The notes beneath the pieces are model-generated. The model was not told the origin of the DNA. It saw nothing but the letters and a program-made list of their open reading frames with translations, and made no database searches. This document shows positions 37,893 to 47,410 of a stretch of DNA of 64,000 bases, in pieces; the stretch's first letter is position 1; the number at the start of each line of letters is the position of its first letter. Origin of the DNA: an uncultured archaeon (GTDB lineage: Archaea; Nanohalarchaeota; Nanosalinia; Nanosalinales; Nanoanaerosalinaceae); the NCBI GenBank assembly GCA_964517675.1, contig CAZFEL010000005.1, forward strand, positions 9,250-73,249, read 5' to 3'. The translations under genes were made by a program, and so were the position numbers.

Positions 37893-38591
37893 TCAGCCCG
37901 AGCTCACGTCCTTGCCGTACTCCATGATCGTCTCTCGTTTGACGAACATCCCAAGGCTCACCGTCGCCACAACAGCACCTATCCCCAGGAACCAGCCATA
38001 GCCATGGACCGCCAGCGTGTCCCCTGTCGTCACCAGGATCAGGAACCCCGGCAGCCGCAACACCGTCCCCCAGATGACCAGCCACCGGAAATCAAGGTCC
38101 GACAGCCCGGCTATCAGGCAGATCGCATCGTCCGGGAACCCCGGCAGCAGGATCAACAGCGCAAACGGCACCATCCCGTGCTCCTCTGCCAGCCCATCGA
38201 ACCTGTCCAGGGTCGTCTCATCCACGAACCGCTTGACCACCAGCCTGCCATACCGTCTCGCGATGAATATTCCCAGGAATGTCCCGATCGCGGCCCCTAT
38301 CATCACATAGACGGTTCCCCGGAGCACACCGAACGACAGCCCGGCAGCCACACCGACCACCTGGCCTGGCACCGGCGCGAACAGGACCTGGGAGACCTGC
38401 ACACCGATCATCGCCAGCGGCGCCAGCGCCCCGAACCCCTGGACGAACACGCGCAACTTCTCAGGATCATAGAACAACGAAAGGTACGGCTGTATATAGG
38501 GATAGACCATCGCCGCAAGCACAGTACTCACCAGCAGACCAGCAACAAGCTCCAATCGCCATACCCGGCCAAGACGCTCCCGCAGCGACAT
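37893..38591 (-). CDS. TVP38/TMEM64 (VTT/DedA) family membrane protein
   Basis: QVLFAPVPGQ, FGVLRGT, LLPGFPDD. Confidence 0.85.
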   Translation of the reverse strand: MSLRERLGRVWRLELVAGLLVSTVLAAMVYPYIQPYLSLFYDPEKLRVFVQGFGALAPLAMIGVQVSQVLFAPVPGQVVGVAAGLSFGVLRGTVYVMIGAAIGTFLGIFIARRYGRLVVKRFVDETTLDRFDGLAEEHGMVPFALLILLPGFPDDAICLIAGLSDLDFRWLVIWGTVLRLPGFLILVTTGDTLAVHGYGWFLGIGAVVATVSLGMFVKRETIMEYGKDVSSG

Positions 38592-38739
38592 AGCCTCAGG
38601 AGCGTCCGCCACGTTTATATGCGCCCGGCCTCACTCCCCCGCCACCGGATAATTAGATCATGCCCCGCCCGGAGACCACAATGCCAGACCACAGCCTCCC
38701 CGATATGTGGGAGATCGCCGACACAGGGGAAACACGGAC

Positions 38740-39068
38740 AGACCCGTCATGAACACCATGGGCGCCGAGGGGCTCTGCAAGTTGATGGAGGAAAAGGACA
38801 ACCGTAGCTGCAACTTCAAGAGCGTCCTCGCCTACATCGACCAGGACGGCGACATCCACACCTTCAACTGCAACGACACCGGCACATGGCCGTCGAGCCG
38901 ACCGGCGAGCAGCGCGACCAGTGGGGCAACATCATGCGGCTGCACCAGCCCGACGGCTTCGACACGACCCTTGCCGCGATGAGCGACGACGAGTTCAGCA
39001 GCTACGAGGACCGGATGGAGTCCGAGGAACACTACGTCAAGTTCGCCGAATGGTCCACGGACCGATAA
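38740..39068 (+). pseudogene. Truncated, frameshifted Ham1/RdgB NTP pyrophosphatase remnant
   Basis: MGAEGLCKLMEEKDNRSCNFKSVLAY in one frame, HQPDGFDTTLAAM in another; N-terminal half missing. Confidence 0.55.
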
Positions 39069-39083
39069 CTATCTCCTGAGCCG

Positions 39084-40091
39084 TTACAGCGAGCGCTTGA
39101 CCTCGCCCCAGAGGTCAGACACTTTCTCACCGGGCTTGACCTCGGCGTAGGTCTCGTTCAGGTACTGCCTGTGGTCGTTGCCGCCCGCCTCCACGTCGAC
39201 GTGGTACAGCTCATCGTCGCCGGACAGGTCGTCCACGTATCGGGTCGTCTCCTTGACGATCGTGTCCTCCTCCAAGCCCTGGACCAGGCCCGCGTAGATC
39301 AGTGTCACACCTGCCTGGCCGTACCATGACTCCTTCCGGTCGAAGTACGGGTCCTCCTTGACCACGACGTCAGCGTACGGCTCGGCGCCGCTGCCCGTCG
39401 CCACACCCAGGTCCGCGCGGAGCAGGGGCTGCCTGTCCGAGCCGCTATCACCCGAGTACAGCATCGGTCTGTCCGAACCGTTCGTCCGCTGCAGCGCCTC
39501 CTCGTACCTGATCGGCTTCTTCGCGTTGCCGCAACCCTTGTCGATGCCCTGCTGGGCCCAGTTCTGCAGCGAGCCAACCACGTGCAGGTCGTTGTCCGGG
39601 TCCAGGCCGACATCGGCCGCCTCAATCAGGTCTGACCCCACATAGAACGTGCGGAGGAATGTCTGATCGCCTGCGGACAGCACGATCGGGTGGCTCCCCG
39701 TCTCCGCCAGGTCGTTGATGAAGACGGGAAACCCGTCGCGGAACTGCTCGTCGTAGCCGTCGTCCAGCGCCTCTCCCGCCAGCTCTTCGACGTCCTGTTC
39801 ATCGATATCACCGTATTCCATCCGGCGCTCAGCGATGAAGATTGCCAGCTCCTCCGCGTCCGAGTGGCCTTCCCCCACCCGGTAGACACCGTCTTCCGGC
39901 TCGAGGGGATCGTCACCGTCGCGTAGCCGCCGGACCTCGTCGACGAACGCCTCTGTATCCTCGAAGCCCAGATTGTCATAGAAGTAATCCTTCCCGATGT
40001 CACCCGGATGGACGTTACCGTCGTGGTCGAACACCGTATAGATTCTATCGACCTCGATGGCGAACGCGTCATCGTCTGGCTGTGCTATCAT
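39084..40091 (-). CDS. Divergent HAD-like hydrolase
   Basis: VFDHDGN (motif I), VLSAG (motif II), YSGDSGSD (motif IV). Confidence 0.7.
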   Translation of the reverse strand: MIAQPDDDAFAIEVDRIYTVFDHDGNVHPGDIGKDYFYDNLGFEDTEAFVDEVRRLRDGDDPLEPEDGVYRVGEGHSDAEELAIFIAERRMEYGDIDEQDVEELAGEALDDGYDEQFRDGFPVFINDLAETGSHPIVLSAGDQTFLRTFYVGSDLIEAADVGLDPDNDLHVVGSLQNWAQQGIDKGCGNAKKPIRYEEALQRTNGSDRPMLYSGDSGSDRQPLLRADLGVATGSGAEPYADVVVKEDPYFDRKESWYGQAGVTLIYAGLVQGLEEDTIVKETTRYVDDLSGDDELYHVDVEAGGNDHRQYLNETYAEVKPGEKVSDLWGEVKRSL

Positions 40092-40233
40092 GGGTGTCGC
40101 CTGTTGTCACCAGAATGTGACTACTTTTCTTATAAATTGTTGGGGTGGCAGAGCACAGCCGCCAGTGACGTCCGTGAACTGCTTGATACCATCATGGCCA
40201 ACATACTTTAAACTCACCGCCCGAGAGACGACC

Positions 40234-41034
40234 ATGGACCTGAGCCAGGACGAGATGCAGCAGTTCCAGGAGAAAATCTTCGACTTCTACGAGGTAAACG
40301 GCAGATACCTTCCCTGGCGGGAGACCACCGACCCATACAGGATCCTGGTCAGCGAGATCATGCTCCAGCAGACCCAGGTCAGCAGGGTCGTGCCCAAATA
40401 CAAGGACTGGATGGAGCGGTGGCCGACCCCGGAAGACCTCGCGGAGGCCGACCTCCAGGACGTGCTTTCCTACTGGAAGGGCCTCGGGTACAACAACCGC
40501 GCCAAGCGGCTCAGGAACGCCGCCCAGCTGATCGTCGAGGACTACGACGGTCAGGTCCCGGAGGACAGTGACGAGCTCCAGGAACTACCCGGCGTCGGGC
40601 CCTACACCGCCCACGCGATCATGATCTTCGCCCACAACGCCGACGAGGTAACAGTCGATGCGAACATCCGCAGGATCCTCATCCACGAATTCGACCTCGA
40701 TGAGGACGTCAGCGATGACGAACTGTACGACATCGCCGAGCAGCTCTTCCCCGAGGGCCGGAGCCGGGAATGGCACAACGCCCTGATGGATTATGGCGCC
40801 CTTGAGAAGACCTCCCAAGAGACCGGTATCTCCCCGAAGACAACACAGTCCACCTTCGAGGGCTCTCGTCGATACTACCGCAGCAAGATCCTCGATGCAC
40901 TGCTGGAGGAAGAAAGGAACCAGGAATGGCTCGAAGACAACATTGAGACCGACGAGGTCAGGGATATCCTCGCGGACCTCGAGGACGAAGGCATGGTCAC
41001 CCAGGACGGGGCCGTCTACCGGATTGACGAGTGA
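40234..41034 (+). CDS. mutY: Short MutY-like adenine DNA glycosylase without FeS motif
   Basis: LPWRET.DPYRILVSEIMLQQTQV, GLGY..RA, LPGVGPYTA, VDANIRR. Confidence 0.85.
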   Translation: MDLSQDEMQQFQEKIFDFYEVNGRYLPWRETTDPYRILVSEIMLQQTQVSRVVPKYKDWMERWPTPEDLAEADLQDVLSYWKGLGYNNRAKRLRNAAQLIVEDYDGQVPEDSDELQELPGVGPYTAHAIMIFAHNADEVTVDANIRRILIHEFDLDEDVSDDELYDIAEQLFPEGRSREWHNALMDYGALEKTSQETGISPKTTQSTFEGSRRYYRSKILDALLEEERNQEWLEDNIETDEVRDILADLEDEGMVTQDGAVYRIDE

Positions 41035-42489
41035 CTACAGCCGCCGCGTCCTGCCCGGCATCGAGCGGACCATCGCATCATCCTTAGCGACCGGCTGGAG
41101 GTACGTCCCTTTCGCCTCACGTTCCCACCAGTCACCGGTCTCCTGCCAGGTCTCGATGTCTGTGAACTCGTACCTGAACAGCCGGGCACGGATCCGCTCC
41201 GGCGGGTCACCGTCGAACGGATCCTCAGCCAGCAGGGTCCTGATGTCCTCGTCCCCGTCCAGCAGCTTCTCGACCATCCTGAGGAACCACGGGTTCCGGT
41301 ACGGCGAGGACATCGCGGCGAACCACATCTGCCAGTCCAGGCGGAGATGATACGGCGCCCACTGGGGCAGCAGCCGGGAGACATCCGTGGGCTTGCCCTT
41401 GAACCTGTAGGCCTCCCAGTCAGCCTCGTCCGGCTCCTCCGACATCGTGGCCTCGAGGACGATCTCCGAGCGCTCCTTCGTGATGTGGCCGAAGGCACCG
41501 TAGGTGTTGACCAGGTGTACGGGGTCGAAGCTGGCGTTCATCCGCTGGCCCGAGGAGATCATGTTCCTGACCGGGTAATAGCTCAGCGCCACCACGAGCA
41601 GGCCCAGCCCGTAGACCCCAAGCTGGTGGACCGGGCCGGGCGGTACCGTAGCCGGGGCACCAAGCGGTAGGGCAGATAGCATCCCGTCCGACAGCGTCGA
41701 GACCGCCAGGACCGCCGTCAGCATGTTGAGCCATGAGAAGTTCCCCGACAGCATCAACCAGCCCTGGAACCCGATCGTCGCCAGTCCCGCAAATCCTGCA
41801 ATGGGCTGGGGGGCGAAGTACAGGAACGGGACCACCAGCTCGACGATATGGTTGATCAGCACCTCGAGACGGTGGACCGGTCGGGGCAGCTTGGCGACGA
41901 ACCACGACAGCGGGTTCGGCATCGGCTGGGTCTCGTAGTGGTACTGCATACAGGTCAGATCTCGCCAGCACGGGTCACCACGGATCTTGATCAGTCCAGC
42001 CCCAAACATCACCCTGAACAGCAGCCAGCGGAGCAGCCAGACCACGATCTCCGGTGCGGCCGTCCCGGCCCCGCCGAGGAAGATCGCGAGGAACCCTGTC
42101 TCAAGCAGCAGGGACTCCCAGCCGAACCCATAGAACGTCCGCCCGACATTGACGAAGGACAGGTACAGCAGCCACAGCAGCCCCCAGACCGCGACGACAG
42201 CCGCCATCCCGAGCCGGGAGGGCAGACCGAGGAAAGCGAGCAGGGAAAGACCCACACCGGACCAGGCCGCGACAGCGACCGCCCTGTCTGTCGGGACGAG
42301 ATGGAACAGGCTCGGTGCCTCCCTGAAGCCGACACTGTCCACCAGCTCCGTGAACGGCAGCAGGCCATCCTCGCCGTTGAGCGGTCGGAACTGGAAGGCA
42401 GCGACCAGGAACGCGATCAGGTATATGCCGGCCAGTCCCCGCTGGAAGACGAACCGGACCAGCCAGTAAGCGGACTCCTCCCACAGCAT
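41035..42489 (-). CDS. Lipase maturation factor (LMF1) family membrane protein
   Basis: FGWESLLLETG, RVMFGAGLIK, HYETQPMPN, PYHLRLDWQMWFAAM. Confidence 0.9.
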   Translation of the reverse strand: MLWEESAYWLVRFVFQRGLAGIYLIAFLVAAFQFRPLNGEDGLLPFTELVDSVGFREAPSLFHLVPTDRAVAVAAWSGVGLSLLAFLGLPSRLGMAAVVAVWGLLWLLYLSFVNVGRTFYGFGWESLLLETGFLAIFLGGAGTAAPEIVVWLLRWLLFRVMFGAGLIKIRGDPCWRDLTCMQYHYETQPMPNPLSWFVAKLPRPVHRLEVLINHIVELVVPFLYFAPQPIAGFAGLATIGFQGWLMLSGNFSWLNMLTAVLAVSTLSDGMLSALPLGAPATVPPGPVHQLGVYGLGLLVVALSYYPVRNMISSGQRMNASFDPVHLVNTYGAFGHITKERSEIVLEATMSEEPDEADWEAYRFKGKPTDVSRLLPQWAPYHLRLDWQMWFAAMSSPYRNPWFLRMVEKLLDGDEDIRTLLAEDPFDGDPPERIRARLFRYEFTDIETWQETGDWWEREAKGTYLQPVAKDDAMVRSMPGRTRRL

Positions 42490-42573
42490 GGTCTAGATGG
42501 GGTGACATCGGCTTAAACCGTTCACGGTCGGGCCCTCTTTTGCTTTTGTCCCGCCGGCCACCAGCAACCGACC

Positions 42574-43004
42574 ATGGGAGATGACACAGACGAAGAGGGA
42601 CAACGGTTCGCCCACGAGTCCCCGGCCCTGCTGATATAGGTCCTCGGCGTCGACCCGAGGACGGACACCCCAACAGCTACAGGCTACTACGGGCCGATGG
42701 CTGCCATCCTGGTGCTGATCGCAGTCCTGTTCGATCCGATGCGAGGGTCGAGGCGGGATCCGTCTCATCGGGCCAGATAGAGGATCATCCGTTCCGCAAG
42801 GGCATCCAGGGCACCCTGCTGTTGACAGCCGGTGTAGCGACCATGATAGCCGAGCCACTCGTCCTGAGCCTGCTCTCGGTCATCGGGGTCGAGATCACAG
42901 AGGACCGGCCGGCCGAGAAGCGGGAGACTCAGAGTAACAGATCGTTCCTCGTCCCGGTCACAGGATCGTCCGCGAACGGGTTGCCCTCCTCGAGATCATC
43001 GTAG
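42574..43004 (+). pseudogene. Possible decayed small membrane-protein gene
   Basis: MGDDTDEEG... interrupted by TAG, continues as a hydrophobic frame (AAILVLIAVLF), then shifts frame (GTLLLTAGVATMI). Confidence 0.35.
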
Positions 43005-43219
43005 GTATCAGTGGTCTCTGTCGCCTCGATGGACGGTTCCTCATAGGAGCGCTCCTCGAGGGATGCCTCGATGCTGCCTGTCTCCTCGATATCGGTAAAG
43101 ACCGCATCGACGTTCTCGTAGGAGACATCACCGACCGGTTCCCGTACAGGACCGACGACGTTCTCATCGATGATGTTCCTATCTGTGTCATGGCCGCGAG
43201 GTGTATCGTAGCGTGTCAT
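42929..43219 (-). CDS. Small acidic hypothetical protein
   Basis: 96-aa D/E/T-rich ORF with a TTTTAAAT box upstream. Confidence 0.6.
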   Translation of the reverse strand: MTRYDTPRGHDTDRNIIDENVVGPVREPVGDVSYENVDAVFTDIEETGSIEASLEERSYEEPSIEATETTDTYDDLEEGNPFADDPVTGTRNDLLL

Positions 43220-43300
43220 GAGTATCGGAGTTGTTACATCCCAGTCATTATTTAAAAGAGCTCCGGTCCGTTTTTAGGCCACCACCCCTATTATTGTCCT

Positions 43301-43435
43301 ATGTCAGACGACAGCAACAAGCGGGGCAGACTGGAACGGGCGGTATCGTTCACGAAGGGGCTCTTCGATGTCGGCAAGGGCATCAAGGAGATCCATCACG
43401 CCCTCTCCAGGGACAAGAAAGCGGACAAGGACTGA
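43301..43435 (+). CDS. 44-aa small protein absent from the ORF track
   Basis: MSDDSNKRGRLERAVSFTKGLFDVGKGIKEIHHALSRDKKADKD; its stop abuts the nrtR stop. Confidence 0.55.
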   Translation: MSDDSNKRGRLERAVSFTKGLFDVGKGIKEIHHALSRDKKADKD

Positions 43436-44122
43436 TCAGAGGATCTCTACGATCTCGTCCTCTTCCTTGTTCGGGCGATACAGCTTCGCAGGTCGGTGGG
43501 AGACGTTCTCGGTCTTCTCACCCGTGTATTCGACCAGATCGAGTTTTTTCACCTTCCTGCGGAAGTTCCGCTTGTCGAACTCACGATCGAACACGACCTC
43601 ATAGACATCCTGGAGATCGGACATCGTGAACCGCTCCGGCAGGAAGGAAAAGACCGCCGGCGTGTACTCCATCTTCCATCGCAGCCGCTTTTTGGCGTAC
43701 TCGATGATGTCCTCGTGGTCGAAAGCGACATCCGGCAGATCGTAGGCCGAGTGCCAGGCCACATCGGCCGCATCCTCCAAGTCCACGTCCTCGTGGTTGA
43801 CCAGGGCGTAGTACCCGACCGTGATGACCCGTGTCCGTGGATCCCTGTCCGGGTCACCGAAGGTATACAGCTGCTCGAGGTAGACATCGGTCACACCGGT
43901 CTTTTCCTCCAGCACCCGGGTCGCTGCCGTCTCAAGGGACTCATCCATATCGATGAACCCGCCCGGAAGCCCCCAGTCGCCCCCGAACGGAGGCTCCGAC
44001 CGGCGCACAAGCAGCAGCTTCAGGTCATCTTCCTTGACTGTAAAGATGATCGTGTCCACTGTAACGGACGGGTGCTCGAACTCGGAGGGATCGTAGTCCT
44101 CCGGGACCTCATCTGCCGGCAT
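43436..44122 (-). CDS. nrtR: NrtR-type Nudix-related transcriptional regulator
   Basis: SVTVD, degenerate Nudix box GGF..DESLETAATRVLEEKTG, LEQLYTFG.PDRDPR, C-terminal wHTH DKRNFRRK...RPAKLY. Confidence 0.9.
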   Translation of the reverse strand: MPADEVPEDYDPSEFEHPSVTVDTIIFTVKEDDLKLLLVRRSEPPFGGDWGLPGGFIDMDESLETAATRVLEEKTGVTDVYLEQLYTFGDPDRDPRTRVITVGYYALVNHEDVDLEDAADVAWHSAYDLPDVAFDHEDIIEYAKKRLRWKMEYTPAVFSFLPERFTMSDLQDVYEVVFDREFDKRNFRRKVKKLDLVEYTGEKTENVSHRPAKLYRPNKEEDEIVEIL

Positions 44123-44125
44123 ACC

Positions 44126-44146
44126 TTCGTGTACGTCTGACACCAA
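44126..44146. promoter_or_regulatory. NrtR-like operator between TATA box and nrtR start
   Basis: TTcGTGTacgtctgACACcAA, same consensus as the two boxes at 49669-49711. Confidence 0.8.
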
Positions 44147-44160
44147 TTTAAAACCGTCGG

Positions 44161-45021
44161 TCAGTCCCCGCTCACCACCCGCAGCGGACTATCGGCCGGC
44201 CGCACCGTCGCCGTCGCGCCACGGGGGAACTCGAACAGCAGGTCCTCGCGGTCCCCATCCAGCGAGATGATGCCGTCCACGTTCATCGTCGAGCGGATCT
44301 CGAGTTCCTCTCCTGGCTCGAGGACACCGCTGTTCAGCTCCTGGTCCTCGTCCCTTATCGGCTCCCGCTCGATGTACCGGAGCTCATCCGCATCCACCGG
44401 GAACGCTCCATCGCTTCCCGGGATGTTGTTGTACCAGCCCGTCGAACCGGCCCCGCTCGTCACGACCAGACCGCTGTTCATGTGTTCTTCCTCTCGTTCA
44501 CCATCAGAGACAGTGTACCGAGCCACCTCCATGCTGTGCCTGTCCGCGATGAAGACCTCATTCAGCGCATAGGCTGTCTTCCCGCCGTACTCCAGCTCGG
44601 CCCGGGTCCACTCCTCGATCTCCGGGTCCTCAAGGGCCACATCGAAGGCAGCATCGATCTCATCGGCACCGTACTGGCACAGCGCACCGTGGCTGCCCGG
44701 GTCCGACCGGACCGGTAGCAGCGGGGTCTCGCCGTTGATGTAGTGGGACGTATCCAGGACCGTGCCATCGCCACCGACGCTGACAACCATGTCATAGCCC
44801 TCGACGGCCTCGTCCGGATCATCGGGGATCTCGACCTCATCGTAGGGCAGGTCCTCGTCCTCGAGGCGGTCACGGACAGCCTCGACGGTATTGTAGTGGT
44901 TCTGGTGGCCCTCCAGGATCGGCTCGTACTCGTCCTCCGGCAGTTCTTTGGCAGGATCGTCCATGTCCTCGCGGTAATGGTCCAAGGCGGTCCGCTTTCT
45001 GGCCAGCAGGACCTCATCCAT
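44161..45021 (-). CDS. nadK: NAD kinase
   Basis: VGGDGTVL, LNE, SGAGSTGW, LDG. Confidence 0.9.
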   Translation of the reverse strand: MDEVLLARKRTALDHYREDMDDPAKELPEDEYEPILEGHQNHYNTVEAVRDRLEDEDLPYDEVEIPDDPDEAVEGYDMVVSVGGDGTVLDTSHYINGETPLLPVRSDPGSHGALCQYGADEIDAAFDVALEDPEIEEWTRAELEYGGKTAYALNEVFIADRHSMEVARYTVSDGEREEEHMNSGLVVTSGAGSTGWYNNIPGSDGAFPVDADELRYIEREPIRDEDQELNSGVLEPGEELEIRSTMNVDGIISLDGDREDLLFEFPRGATATVRPADSPLRVVSGD

Positions 45022-46717
45022 CGAGATCGCCCTCCCAGCCGTTGATGATGGGTTCGCGGAAGTCTCGGCCGAAGGCACGGTCGCTGACCGCTATCACCGG
45101 TGGTGCCTGAACCCGCTTGAACGAGGAACCCTGGAACCGCTCGAATGTATCCATGACAGTCTCTTTGAACCGCTGGCGGTCGTACTCCTCGTGGATGTCC
45201 TCATCGAAGGCCTCCGGCAGCTCGTGGTCCTGGAACCGCTCGAGGAGATCGCCCGGGGACAGCCTGTCCTCGAGGAAGGACTGCACGATCGGGGCCACAA
45301 CATCGTACTCAAACGGGTCCTTTTGGTCCTCGGACAGCTCCGCGGACGGCGGGATCTCGAAGACGTCCTCCGGGATCGGAGCATCGTACCGCTCGTTGAC
45401 GTGCCGTGCCACATCGTATACCTCCGGTTTCGGCAGGTCACCGAGGATGGCCAGGCCGCCTGTCATGTCACCGTACAGCGTCGCATAGCCCAGTGCCAGC
45501 TCGGTCTCGTTGCCGTTCGAGACCAGCATGCCACCGGTCTCGTTCGAGGCCAGCATCGCCAGCATCCCGCGGGTCCTCGCATACACGTTCTCCCGGGAGA
45601 CATTGTCCTCTATCGGACCGTTCGCATCCTCGTAGGTCTCCAGTGTTTCCTCGTAGATCCCCTGGACCGGCATCTCGCGGTACTCCACACCCAGGTTCTC
45701 GGCCAGCTCCTCGGCGGCGTCTTTCGTCGTCGCGGAGTTGACCTCAGAGGGCATGCTGTACGCGATGACGTTGTCCGCGCCGACGGCCTCGACGGCGACG
45801 GCAAGTCCCAGGGAGGAATCGATCCCGCCCGAGATCGGCTCGATGATCGCATTGAATCCGGTCTTGTCCATGTAATCCTGTAGCCCGTAGGCCAGGGCAT
45901 CGAAGAGCTCGGCCTCCCGCGACCGCTCCGGCAGATCGATAGCCTCACCGTCCTCGAAGACGGCCTCGACGGTGTCCTCGCCGAACTGCTCGCCGGCAGC
46001 GATGACATCGCCGTCCGCATCCACGACCAGGCTCTCCCCGTCGAAGACGAGGACATTACCACCGACATCGGCCGCCCCGGCGGTGTTCGCATAGAGGAAC
46101 GGCACCTCGTGGTCCCCGACATGGCCTTGGATGGTCTTGAGGCGATCCTCCCGCTTCCCAACCTCGTATGGGGAGGCGTTGATGTTGACGATAACGTCCG
46201 CACCGTCTTCCGCCAGCTCATCGACCGGTGACCGGTCATAGGCCTCATCCCACATGTCCTCACAGATCGAGACACCGAGAGAGACCGCCTCCCCGTCGAT
46301 CTCGAGATCGATCGGGGCAGTCTCGTCGCCGGCATCGAAGAATCGGTCATCATCGAAGTACCGGTACGACGGCAGCAGGGATTTCTCGACGGTTTCTTTG
46401 ACCTCCCCCTCGTACAGCACCGCGGCAGCGTTGTACAGGCCGTCGTCATCCGCGTACCGGCCGTCGTCGACGAACCCGACCACGACGGCTGTATCATCCG
46501 CGTACTCAGCTATCTCGTCCAGCGCGGCCAGGTTCTGCTCGATGAATGCATCATCCTCGACCATATCCCCGACGGTATAGCCCGTCACCGCCATCTCCGG
46601 GAACACAAGGACGTCGGCATCGTCTTCCACCTCCAGGGTCGCGATGATCTCCTCGGTGTTGCCCGCGATGTCCCCGGTCACCGGGTTCATCTGGGCCATG
46701 CGGTAGGTCACTGTCAT
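45014..46717 (-). CDS. nadE: Glutamine-dependent NAD+ synthetase (nitrilase + synthetase domains)
   Basis: FPEM/K/ICEDMW glutaminase triad, ISGGIDSS, ENVYARTRG, GYATLYGD, PSAEL. Confidence 0.95.
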   Translation of the reverse strand: MTVTYRMAQMNPVTGDIAGNTEEIIATLEVEDDADVLVFPEMAVTGYTVGDMVEDDAFIEQNLAALDEIAEYADDTAVVVGFVDDGRYADDDGLYNAAAVLYEGEVKETVEKSLLPSYRYFDDDRFFDAGDETAPIDLEIDGEAVSLGVSICEDMWDEAYDRSPVDELAEDGADVIVNINASPYEVGKREDRLKTIQGHVGDHEVPFLYANTAGAADVGGNVLVFDGESLVVDADGDVIAAGEQFGEDTVEAVFEDGEAIDLPERSREAELFDALAYGLQDYMDKTGFNAIIEPISGGIDSSLGLAVAVEAVGADNVIAYSMPSEVNSATTKDAAEELAENLGVEYREMPVQGIYEETLETYEDANGPIEDNVSRENVYARTRGMLAMLASNETGGMLVSNGNETELALGYATLYGDMTGGLAILGDLPKPEVYDVARHVNERYDAPIPEDVFEIPPSAELSEDQKDPFEYDVVAPIVQSFLEDRLSPGDLLERFQDHELPEAFDEDIHEEYDRQRFKETVMDTFERFQGSSFKRVQAPPVIAVSDRAFGRDFREPIINGWEGDLDG

Positions 46718-46741
46718 ACACCGGGAATCGGGACGGGAGCC

Positions 46742-47410
46742 CTAAATTCCTTGCCCCCGCCCGTCGTGCTGTTTCAGGTCATCGTAGACCCTGCCGTCGA
46801 GGATCTCATCCGTCTCGAGGAACATCGCACCGCGGTCCTGCCAGTCCTCGAAGGCATCGTCACGCTCGTCCTCATCGAGGTGCTGGATCGCGTCCCCGGC
46901 CACGTAGACCTCGGTGTCTTCCTCGAGGAAATGATCCATCGCCTGGTCGAGACAGATCTCGGTGACGACACCGTAGACCACGACCGCGTCCGGGTCGACC
47001 GCGTCCATGTAGCCATCGAGGTTGACGTTGTCCCTGACATCCGGGGACCGCTTCTCGAAGATGACCTGGCGGCTGTTTTCGTTCGCGGCCACGATCTCAT
47101 CCAGCTGTTCAGCCGTCTTCTCGTCATCGACAGGCACGTAGATCGGGTCCCGGTCGGTCGCCTCGATCTTCTCCTGGCCTGGCATCCCGTCCACACAGTG
47201 GGGCGGGTAGACCTCAAACTCCTCGTCCCCTGTCACGTGAGCATCGACCGAGCCGGCCATGTACAGGCCCTCGTCAATGCCGTACTCAGTCAGGACCTCA
47301 AGTGCGTCCTCACGCTCGTCTGCGCCCGGAACATAGAGTTTTCCGTCTGGTTTGACGAAGTCATACTGCGTGTCGACGTCCCAGAACAGGACATCGTTGT
47401 CTGCTGTCAT
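46742..47410 (-). CDS. pncA: Nicotinamidase (isochorismatase family)
   Basis: DVDTQYDF..PDGKL.V, PPHCV, FEK, GVVTEIC; NAD operon context. Confidence 0.85.
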   Translation of the reverse strand: MTADNDVLFWDVDTQYDFVKPDGKLYVPGADEREDALEVLTEYGIDEGLYMAGSVDAHVTGDEEFEVYPPHCVDGMPGQEKIEATDRDPIYVPVDDEKTAEQLDEIVAANENSRQVIFEKRSPDVRDNVNLDGYMDAVDPDAVVVYGVVTEICLDQAMDHFLEEDTEVYVAGDAIQHLDEDERDDAFEDWQDRGAMFLETDEILDGRVYDDLKQHDGRGQGI

